Of a stretch of 7,586 bases of DNA, positions 1 to 5,806 are shown in pieces. The stretch lies in the NCBI RefSeq assembly GCF_003334815.1, contig NZ_QOWO01000067.1. One strand, given 5' to 3'. The notes beneath the pieces are model-generated. The model had not been told where the DNA came from. It worked only from the letters and a program-made list of their open reading frames with translations, and did no database searches. A program made the position numbers and the translations under genes. How positions within the stretch are numbered: the stretch's first letter is position 1; each line of letters starts with the position of its first letter. This stretch comes from Escherichia coli. GTDB lineage: Bacteria > Pseudomonadota > Gammaproteobacteria > Enterobacterales > Enterobacteriaceae.

Positions 1-156
1 TTAATGAAAACACTCGATGAACTGAACCAGTCGGGAAAAGGGAAAGTGTGGTTTGCGGGGCGAGGAACCGCCCCTGAATGGCAAATGAAACGGGAAATGT
101 TGAGTCAGTGTTATACAACTAAATGGCGAGATATTCCCCTGGCCAGGCTGGGTTAG
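1..156 (+). CDS. Possible 3' end of an unidentified gene entering from upstream of the window (partial)
   Basis: Frame 1 is open from position 1 to TAG at 154..156, reading ...GKGKVWFAGRGTAPEWQMKREMLSQCYTTKWRDIPLARLG*. It ends 1 nt before the convergent parR-like stop at 158..160. Too short for the supplied ORF track; I do not recognise the family. Confidence 0.25.
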   Translation, partial: LMKTLDELNQSGKGKVWFAGRGTAPEWQMKREMLSQCYTTKWRDIPLARLG

Positions 157-157
157 T

Positions 158-574
158 TCAGTCATCTCCGAACATATTTTCAGCGTTTCTTCTGGTCTGG
201 TCTTCACCGTCATTTCTCGACAGACTCTGCTCTGTAAGAGGAGTACTGCAATCCACAGACGTATGGAGACCAGATTGTTTTTCCAGTAATTCAAGCAATT
301 TCTTTTCAACCGAAAAAGCACCTGGTATTACGCTGGAAATCACCTTATTAATATCATCCAGAGTCGTATTTTCTGTCAGTAACTCCGATATCAGCAAAGG
401 AAGACGTTTATCTATAGCTGCAAACGCCGCACCAGTAACTAACATCGCGCGCATGAAACGTCCCCGCTCCTTCAGTTTTTCATTTGCAATGAGCTCATCT
501 GCTATCTTATCTCCTGTCCGTTCATCCGGGAAAAGTTCAAATGAGCAGCGTCTGGATTTATTTTCATCACTCAT
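158..574 (-). CDS. parR: ParR/StbB-like centromere-binding adaptor of a type II (actin-type) partition system
   Basis: 138-aa ORF. The N-terminal region (RRCSFELFPDERTGDKIADEL...ERGRFMRAMLVTGAAF...LLISELLTENTTLDDINKVI) follows the pattern I associate with the ParR family N-terminal ribbon-helix-helix, and it has an acidic C-terminal tail. ATG at 574..572 overlaps the parM stop (ATGAGTGA, 8-nt overlap). GGTGGT-type Shine-Dalgarno about 9 nt upstream. Confidence 0.8.
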   Translation of the reverse strand: MSDENKSRRCSFELFPDERTGDKIADELIANEKLKERGRFMRAMLVTGAAFAAIDKRLPLLISELLTENTTLDDINKVISSVIPGAFSVEKKLLELLEKQSGLHTSVDCSTPLTEQSLSRNDGEDQTRRNAENMFGDD

Positions 575-1547
575 TAGTCACACCACCTTTCATTTTTATC
601 ATTCCCATGACTAAATCAAACTGCGGGGATGAGCTCAGATAAAAGCGCTCATCAGGAACCTTAGTCAGGTTCTTCACAGCCTCGGCCACAATTTCAGCCC
701 CACCACCAACACACATTACATGTGTATAGTCGGTGAAACGGCTGATGACATCATTAACTCGTTTAATAAGCAACTTCTGCCGTTCATTGATAACATTAAT
801 GATAGACTCACGCTGTTCAGCATTATAAATGCGACGGGAAAGGTAGTCAGGTTCATTACGGTGCACAATGATATTGTCAGCCTGGAATGAGCTCACTCTT
901 GTATTAGCATGTACAGCCATCTGTTCCTTAACCCCGGATGTAATCAGGGACACGCCGATATTCGGATCACACCAGGTTTTTGTAATCCCTGTCATTTTGC
1001 TACGAACATGCGACACATCAAGAGTTGTACCACCGAGATCTACGATCAAAAGGGATTCATCATCCTCAAGCCCCGCAAGAACACTGAAACCAGCGGGAAT
1101 ACTTTCAGGAAGAACGGAAACACTGCGAATAACAAATGCATCACTCCCCTGCACCCGTACTTCACGCATCACATTTTTTTTCTTTCTTTCAATGTTTTGC
1201 TTATTTTTCTGATTGTTGGCGTCAAGGTATTCAGAGATCGGCAATGTGACGATGACATCAACAGGCTGCGCTTTCAGGCCGGTCTGCTGTAGCGCATGCT
1301 GAATGGCCACAACATTCACATCACTGTACTGATAGCGTGTTTCAGTCGTTACGACAGCATCAGCACTTAATGGATCAAATGAAAACTTCTCGCCGTCGAT
1401 CTCGTAATTAGCCGGAGCAGCATCATCCAGTAAACTAAAAGACCATTCCGGTTTAAAGCTGTTAGGGCTGATTAACGTTTTCACGTCACCATCCTCCAAC
1501 CAGGCAAGTTTAATGTTGGTAGAACCATCATCAATAAAGATTTTCAT
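567..1547 (-). CDS. parM: ParM/StbA-like actin-type plasmid segregation ATPase
   Basis: The track ORF 567..1616 contains MKIFIDDGSTNIKLAW..., the phosphate-1 DxGxT/S motif typical of the ParM/StbA N-terminus, plus VDLGGTTLDV (phosphate 2) and CVGGGAEIV (adenosine motif). I place the start at the ATG 1547..1545 (M24 of the track ORF), which has GGAG 8 nt upstream and gives 326 aa, a typical ParM length. The stop overlaps the parR start. Confidence 0.9.
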   Translation of the reverse strand: MKIFIDDGSTNIKLAWLEDGDVKTLISPNSFKPEWSFSLLDDAAPANYEIDGEKFSFDPLSADAVVTTETRYQYSDVNVVAIQHALQQTGLKAQPVDVIVTLPISEYLDANNQKNKQNIERKKKNVMREVRVQGSDAFVIRSVSVLPESIPAGFSVLAGLEDDESLLIVDLGGTTLDVSHVRSKMTGITKTWCDPNIGVSLITSGVKEQMAVHANTRVSSFQADNIIVHRNEPDYLSRRIYNAEQRESIINVINERQKLLIKRVNDVISRFTDYTHVMCVGGGAEIVAEAVKNLTKVPDERFYLSSSPQFDLVMGMIKMKGGVTNE

Positions 1548-1960
1548 AACCAGTCTCCGTTGCTCATAAACAAATAGAAAAAACAAACATGCTTCATACA
1601 TGCAATGTATATTCAATTATAATGAAAAAACGGTCTTTCTGAAAGGACAAATGCAACATAAAAACACGATAAATTGCATGTACATTGTACACACAACTTT
1701 AAGACCAGAGGAAATCATAGATACAAAAACATTATGAAGGTTATATGTGACACATAAATGCAATATAAAAACATCGTGGACATCATGGTTCAGGTTAAGG
1801 GAAAAGGAATGAAATGGTGAAACTGAGAGGAAAGGAAAGCGGTGACGAATCATGTCACCATAAACAGAAAGATGTCTAATGGGGACTCTTTAGGTACGTG
1901 AAGAATCCCCATAACGCATTTAAAAGACACACATCAGATACCCTTAAGGTATCCGATAGT
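1548..1960. promoter_or_regulatory. parC-like centromere/promoter region upstream of parMR, also the downstream flank of the ParA/RHH pair
   Basis: AT-rich non-coding stretch with repeated ATGCAA/TTGCAT units (around 1600, 1650, 1673, 1758). The unit AAATGCAA(C/T)ATAAAAACA occurs twice (about 1649..1667 and 1756..1774). Palindromes: ATACATgcaATGTAT near 1596..1610, GGTGAC-N7-GTCACC at 1839..1857, GATACC-cttaa-GGTATC at 1937..1953. The position matches a type II centromere/promoter; exact binding sites are not determined. Confidence 0.55.
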
Positions 1961-2269
1961 TTATTGACCTATTGCACCATCACGTTCAAGCTTCTCTCTT
2001 ATAGCCTCAATAATATATGAGCTAAAATCCAGAGATGTTTTACTGGTCGCTTTAAGTTCCGCATGAGCTTCAAAATACGACAGCGGTATGGCCTTAAGAT
2101 TCTTAGCCTTCGTCCTGGCAGCCACGGGACGACCTGAAACTTCCTCTGCACCTTCATTTGGCTGAGACGGGGCTGTTGCTGTTACGGCAGAAGAAGAAGT
2201 TTGTAATCTGGCAGAATCCACCAGGTTTTTCAGTTTTTCAGCCTGTGCACTAAATTTCGCTTTGCTCAT
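1961..2269 (-). CDS. Small ribbon-helix-helix-like DNA-binding protein, candidate ParG/ParB-type partner of the upstream ParA-like ATPase
   Basis: 102-aa ORF directly downstream of the ParA-like gene on the same strand. The C-terminus (AIPLSYFEAHAELKATSKTSLDFSSYIIEAIREKLER) fits a beta-strand/helix/loop/helix RHH pattern, preceded by a low-complexity, probably flexible N-terminal tail. Shine-Dalgarno is weak and an 86-bp gap separates it from the ParA-like stop, so the assignment is an inference from context. Confidence 0.55.
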   Translation of the reverse strand: MSKAKFSAQAEKLKNLVDSARLQTSSSAVTATAPSQPNEGAEEVSGRPVAARTKAKNLKAIPLSYFEAHAELKATSKTSLDFSSYIIEAIREKLERDGAIGQ

Positions 2270-2355
2270 GAGATAACCCAGGATGTTTGTTAGATACTTA
2301 AAAGATATCCATTAAAAGCCCAAAGGATACTATATGGATACCCAATAGACACACC

Positions 2356-3000
2356 TTACTGTTTGTTATTTTCAATCAGATGATTGATTTCTTCGATCAG
2401 GGCAATAACTTCCTTACCTCCTGCCGAATAGCGCCCATGAACAGACTCAGTGATTCCCATCCCAGTCTCAATGACATCCTCAAATTCTGCACGAGCAGAA
2501 ATGCGGCTCTTCATCAGCTTCAGATGTTTGAACGATGGCAGGATTGCATCAAGCTTAGGGAATTTCTTCTTGTTAGGATTAACTTTACAGAGATACAGGT
2601 GAGCAGTTATATCGGTCCCCATGATAGAGCTGATTTCGTCCAGTACTCCATCAAAATGCATCAAACCAATACGTTCAGTCAGGGAGTCTTTTGAAGGGAC
2701 AATAACGCAGTCTGCAAAGGCAATCGCAGTACGGGTAAGATCTGAGTCAAATCCCCCACAGTCAATAAGTAACGTCTTATCGCTGTTCTTGTAGGGAGTC
2801 ATAATTTCGATTAACTCATCCACTGTTTTGGGTACTTTCACGGAAATTTCTTTTCCTTCAGGTCTCAGCCCCAGAATGATAGAAAGCCCGGTATGAGTAT
2901 CCAGATCAACTGTATCAGACTTCATTTCACCAACAATGTTTACGGATGAAGTTGTCTTACCCACACCACCTTTGGGATGCGTATTAGCAATAACAGGCAT
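2356..3000 (-). CDS. parA: Small ParA-family (ParF-like, type Ib) deviant Walker-A partition ATPase
   Basis: Deviant Walker A KGGVGKTT near the N-terminus, LLIDCGG and a VIVP Walker-B-like hydrophobic strand. Start placed at ATG 3000..2998 (M23 of track ORF 2356..3066), with GGAG 7 nt upstream, giving 214 aa, the size class of type Ib ParA/ParF proteins that lack an N-terminal HTH. Confidence 0.8.
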   Translation of the reverse strand: MPVIANTHPKGGVGKTTSSVNIVGEMKSDTVDLDTHTGLSIILGLRPEGKEISVKVPKTVDELIEIMTPYKNSDKTLLIDCGGFDSDLTRTAIAFADCVIVPSKDSLTERIGLMHFDGVLDEISSIMGTDITAHLYLCKVNPNKKKFPKLDAILPSFKHLKLMKSRISARAEFEDVIETGMGITESVHGRYSAGGKEVIALIEEINHLIENNKQ

Positions 3001-3179
3001 AGTGTATCTCCAGAATCCACATGTAATACCCATAAAGACCCCATAAGACACCTTTCGGATATCCAAGAGGTACTCAATAGATGTTTTTTTACTCTATACC
3101 GGTCCTGCATGTCAACAGAATATGAAATACCGATAATATATCCATGAGATATCCGAAAGGGATTTAAAAAAGTCAGAGC
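3001..3179. promoter_or_regulatory. Promoter/operator region upstream of the ParA-like gene
   Basis: Non-coding gap between the recombinase stop (3180) and the ParA-like start (3000). Contains the palindrome GGATATCC (3057..3064) and GATATCC (3148..3154), related to GGATAC/GATACC motifs on the other side of the operon. Confidence 0.4.
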
Positions 3180-3959
3180 TTATGGAATTCTTTTGAGCAT
3201 AGACACCGCATCGGACTCAGGCATCGAAAACTGCACCCGGTGCCGTGCAGCCACATCCAGTGCAAACACCTTCGTGTAGACCTCCGTTGAGCTGATGGAC
3301 TTATGCCCCATCAGGCTCTGCAGGACCTTCAGCGGTATACCGGCATACAGCATATGCATCGCATAGGAATGGCGGAACGTATGTGGCGTGACCGGGACAG
3401 AGAACGTCACACCGTCAGCGGCAGCGGCGGCAACCGCCTCCCCAATCCAGGTCCTGACCGTTCTGTCCGTCACTTCCCATATCCGCGCTTTCTCTGTCCT
3501 GCCTGTTCGTTTATTACGCCGTTCCATGGGGATTTTCAGTGTGGCCACCATCGTCTGCAGCTGGCTGACGTACCAGGCGTCGGAGAGCGGAACCAGCCGG
3601 TGAGTCTGCTGACCGGCGGGCATTCTTCCTGCCGTCCTGGCGGCTTTTTCCGTCCGTTGTTTCAGGGTCGCAAGCTGCACAAACGGATACGGAGGCGTGA
3701 GCGAAAAATCCCCCCGCGTCAGCGCCAGTGCTTCATTAATGCGCGCACCGGTGTTCCACAGTGTGGCCAGCAGCATCTTGCGGCGCAGATCCGGGACGTA
3801 ATGGAGCAGGGCGCTCACTTCAGGGGCCAGCAGGTATTTGGGCAGTTCATCATGAACCATCGACATCTGGCGGAGTGCCAGCGCTGCCGGATAATCGATG
3901 GCAACAGGAAGCTGAGCGGCATCCCGGGCATGGTGGATCGGTGCCGGCAGGTGCTGCAT
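3180..3959 (-). CDS. Tyrosine site-specific recombinase (plasmid resolvase/integrase family, ResD-like)
   Basis: The C-terminal region carries the tyrosine-recombinase box II signature HTFRHSYAMHML...LMGHKSISSTEVYTKV (His-x-x-Arg, then His, then the catalytic Tyr), and an ARINEAL-type box I arginine sits earlier. Start placed at ATG 3959..3957 (M52 of track ORF 3180..4112), 1 nt after the stop of the upstream ORF, giving 259 aa. Overall it resembles plasmid multimer-resolution recombinases of F-like/I-like plasmids, as recalled from memory, not searched. Confidence 0.85.
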   Translation of the reverse strand: MQHLPAPIHHARDAAQLPVAIDYPAALALRQMSMVHDELPKYLLAPEVSALLHYVPDLRRKMLLATLWNTGARINEALALTRGDFSLTPPYPFVQLATLKQRTEKAARTAGRMPAGQQTHRLVPLSDAWYVSQLQTMVATLKIPMERRNKRTGRTEKARIWEVTDRTVRTWIGEAVAAAAADGVTFSVPVTPHTFRHSYAMHMLYAGIPLKVLQSLMGHKSISSTEVYTKVFALDVAARHRVQFSMPESDAVSMLKRIP

Positions 3960-3960
3960 A

Positions 3961-4374
3961 TCAGTGTTCACTCCACGGGGAAACGTCGGGCAGGTTTTCC
4001 ACAACCCTGTATTTTCCCGGATAACGGAGCTGGTTACCGCCACGCGTCCGGACGGTGACAACAAAACCCCCGCCCTGGTTGTTTTCGGGGAGCAGGCGAT
4101 CGCACTGCTCACTCAGCATGTGGATCACAAACGGCGCATCGCTGCCGTCTTCAAATATCAGTTCCAGCGCATCGCGGCCATCCAGCGTTCCCTTACTGAT
4201 GATGACGTACTCAGCCCCCCGCATCTCCCTGAGTAAATGTTTTGCCGCATCCGGGACAAGCAGCCTGGCTTCGCCGGCATTCCAGCTGAGGTAGACATAT
4301 CCGGCCTGCGCCTGTACAGACTGCCAGTAATCCGTTCTGGCGACAGCCTGACCTTCATTCTCAATAAAAAACAT
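3961..4374 (-). CDS. Hypothetical 137-aa protein, first gene of the recombinase operon
   Basis: Track ORF 3961..4413. I start it at ATG 4374..4372 (MFFIENEGQAV...) because of a strong AAGGAG 8 nt upstream. The stop TGA at 3963..3961 is separated by 1 nt from the recombinase ATG (TGATATG). No recognisable catalytic motif or membrane segments; family not recognised. Confidence 0.6.
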   Translation of the reverse strand: MFFIENEGQAVARTDYWQSVQAQAGYVYLSWNAGEARLLVPDAAKHLLREMRGAEYVIISKGTLDGRDALELIFEDGSDAPFVIHMLSEQCDRLLPENNQGGGFVVTVRTRGGNQLRYPGKYRVVENLPDVSPWSEH

Positions 4375-4410
4375 GGGTGACTCCTTTTTTCTTTTCCGGG
4401 CAGGGACGGT

Positions 4411-4495
4411 CATGCGATAACGTCATCCATCATCACTGCCCTTACCGTCACTCCGTCTGATAACATCATGCCGTTATCATCATCACCATGATAAC
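4411..4495. repeat. GATAAC/CATG repeat cluster, candidate recombination site or operator for the adjacent recombinase operon
   Basis: GATAAC at 4416..4421, 4459..4464 and 4490..4495, inverted GTTATC at 4473..4478, and CATCATCAC twice (about 4429..4436 and 4479..4486). Three GATAAC copies abut CATG. Lies 40 to 120 bp upstream of the operon start at 4374. Confidence 0.35.
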
Positions 4496-4811
4496 AAGCA
4501 TCCATATAACCACGCCGTTAAATTACCGGAGAGCCGTTTCCGTCAGATCCGACTTTTCGGAATATCACAACTTTCCGGAAGTGTACCACGCTGAGGAAAT
4601 AATCATATCGCTGTTTTCCGCCCCTGCGCGGCGCATCACAGGTCAGGGAGATGACACAACATATAGTGTCATCAGCAGCTGAATCCGGCACCACATGTTG
4701 TGCTGACGGGAGGTGGCGTTGTGTGGGGGGAGAAGAAGATCCGTAACCGCCGGAAACCGGATCTGCGCGGCGGGAAACGGGCAAGTGATATGGTAATTGA
4801 GCAATACACAC

Positions 4812-4867
4812 AAAATCATATCAGATATGATTTTCATCATTGATGATAGAACCATATCTGATATTAT
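4812..4867. promoter_or_regulatory. Palindromic operator array and candidate sigma70 promoter for the + strand operon starting at 4943
   Basis: Perfect 23-bp palindrome AAAATCATATC-A-GATATGATTTT (4812..4834); 13-bp palindrome TCATCA-T-TGATGA (4834..4846); 11-bp palindrome ATATC-T-GATAT (4854..4864). Candidate -35 TTGATG (4840..4845) and -10 TATTAT (4862..4867) with a 16-bp spacer overlap the palindromes. Confidence 0.45.
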
Positions 4868-4942
4868 AAGAAATCAGGAGCACACAAATCATACAGGATA
4901 TTATTTTTACCTGTCAGAACATTATCAGATGGAGCGTGCAGG

Positions 4943-5197
4943 ATGGATGAAGAAAGGGTGTTTTCACTCAGCTATGAGCAACTAACCCGAATAGCGGAAA
5001 AAAATATCCGTGAATGTGGGCTGGACAACCAGAGCGCCAGGTGTATCAGTGAACTGAAGGCCTCAGCTCTGCTGTGGTTGTGGTATGAACTGGCCATTCA
5101 TGGTGCGCCACAGAACAATCACGCACAGGCCCGGGAACGCATCGATACCGATTATCAGCGCCTCAAAAAACTCATCTGGTCGGAGGGTGACAGTTAA
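4943..5197 (+). CDS. Hypothetical 84-aa protein, first gene of a two-gene operon
   Basis: ATG at 4943 with GGAG about 10 nt upstream. The stop TAA (5195..5197) overlaps the next ATG (TAATG). No transmembrane segment; family not recognised. The + strand is preferred over the long antisense ORF (5063..5803, -), whose translation is an Arg/Pro/Ala-rich artefact typical of the reverse strand of a GC-rich gene. Confidence 0.55.
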   Translation: MDEERVFSLSYEQLTRIAEKNIRECGLDNQSARCISELKASALLWLWYELAIHGAPQNNHAQARERIDTDYQRLKKLIWSEGDS

Positions 5198-5787
5198 TGA
5201 CTCAGAGCCGCCGACCGTCGCCACTGCAGCGGAGAGTGCTGATTGTGCTGGCTGCGCTTGATGAAAAACGGCCGGGCCCCGTGCTGACGCGGGACCTGGA
5301 ACGGGTGCTGGAGCGAAGCGGGGAAGCCCCGGTCTACGGGCCAAACCTGCGCGCCTCCTGCCGTCGTCTGGAGGATGCCGGCTGGCTGCGTACCCTGCGC
5401 GCCCCGAACCTGCAGCTGGCAGTGGAGCTGACGGACGCCGGCCGGGCCGTGGCACAGCCTCTGCTGCTGGCAGAACAGGACCGCCTCCGGGCAGAACAGC
5501 GTGCGGCAGAAGTCGTCGTACTGCCGCTGGTCCCGGCAGCAGGTCTGCCCGCAGACGGCACTTCTGCCACTGATCTGGCGGTGGAGCTGAACGGCATAAC
5601 GTATCAGGCCTGCCGCGGGGATTTTGTGGTGCGTCTCGACGGCAGCACCTGTCTGCAGTTATGGAATAAAGAAGGCAGGGTGGTACGCCGGGAGGGCGAT
5701 CCGCTGGAAGTGGCGCAGTGGCTGCAGGCCTGTCATGACGCAGGAATAGAGGTTCGCGTACAGATAAATGAAAGTGCCGCTCCGTAA
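5197..5787 (+). CDS. Hypothetical 196-aa protein, possible winged-helix DNA-binding N-terminal domain
   Basis: ATG at 5197 overlaps the upstream stop. The N-terminal ~90 aa (LQRRVLIVLAALDEKRPGPVLTRDLERVLERSG...) has the hydrophobic/charged periodicity of a winged-helix domain (inference). The C-terminal ~100 aa is unrecognised. Markedly GC-rich compared with the rest of the window. Confidence 0.55.
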   Translation: MTQSRRPSPLQRRVLIVLAALDEKRPGPVLTRDLERVLERSGEAPVYGPNLRASCRRLEDAGWLRTLRAPNLQLAVELTDAGRAVAQPLLLAEQDRLRAEQRAAEVVVLPLVPAAGLPADGTSATDLAVELNGITYQACRGDFVVRLDGSTCLQLWNKEGRVVRREGDPLEVAQWLQACHDAGIEVRVQINESAAP

Positions 5788-5806
5788 GAACACGCCTGTG
5801 CACGGT

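Noticed and set aside
1-321. 106-aa - strand ORF at the left edge
   Set aside because: Overlaps the parR-like coding region in another frame; no ribosome-binding site support; composition atypical.
123-614. 163-aa + strand ORF
   Set aside because: Lies entirely antisense to the well-supported parR-like gene and parM 3' end; Ser-rich, low-complexity translation with no motifs.
868-1292. Two + strand ORFs (868..1212 and 909..1292)
   Set aside because: Antisense to the ParM-like gene; no independent support.
567-1616. Full-length track ORF for the ParM-like gene (start at 1616)
   Set aside because: The first 23 codons (MNIHCMYEACLFFLF...) precede the conserved ParM N-terminus and lack a Shine-Dalgarno sequence; the ATG at 1547 with GGAG upstream is the likely start.
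1617-1853. 78-aa - strand ORF
   Set aside because: Falls in the AT-rich repeat-containing centromere/promoter region; the translation is hydrophobic, low-complexity noise and it has no ribosome-binding site.
2380-2694. 104-aa + strand ORF
   Set aside because: Antisense to the ParA-like gene.
3001-3030. DnaA-box-like sequence GAATCCACA
   Set aside because: A single imperfect match to TTATCCACA with no accompanying iterons or AT-rich unwinding element; not enough to call an origin.
2356-3066. Full-length track ORF for the ParA-like gene (start at 3066)
   Set aside because: The N-terminal 22 codons precede the Walker A box by an unusual distance and lack a Shine-Dalgarno sequence; the ATG at 3000 with GGAG upstream fits better.
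3180-4112. 310-aa extended recombinase ORF
   Set aside because: The first 51 codons overlap the upstream 137-aa gene in another frame; the ATG at 3959 directly after that gene's stop is the more plausible start.
3303-4294. Several + strand ORFs (3303..4058, 3388..3603, 3761..4024, 3964..4236, 4055..4294) and the - strand ORF 4158..4364
   Set aside because: All lie antisense to, or out of frame within, the recombinase and its partner gene; Arg/Pro/Gly-rich translations typical of wrong-frame reads of GC-rich coding sequence.
4488-4811. ORFs 4488..4682 (+) and 4518..4811 (-) in the long intergenic region
   Set aside because: No ribosome-binding sites, odd composition, and they overlap the repeat-rich non-coding region; kept only as a possible gene remnant in a finding.
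4643-4985. ORFs 4643..4855 (-) and 4797..4985 (+)
   Set aside because: They span the palindromic operator array and the start of the 84-aa gene in another frame; the palindromes argue for regulatory DNA rather than coding sequence.
5063-5803. 246-aa - strand ORF covering the GC-rich region
   Set aside because: Although longer than the + strand genes, its translation is Arg/Pro/Ala-rich with poly-Pro and poly-Arg runs, the usual antisense artefact in GC-rich DNA; the + strand genes show start/stop coupling and sensible composition. Confidence in this choice is moderate, not absolute.
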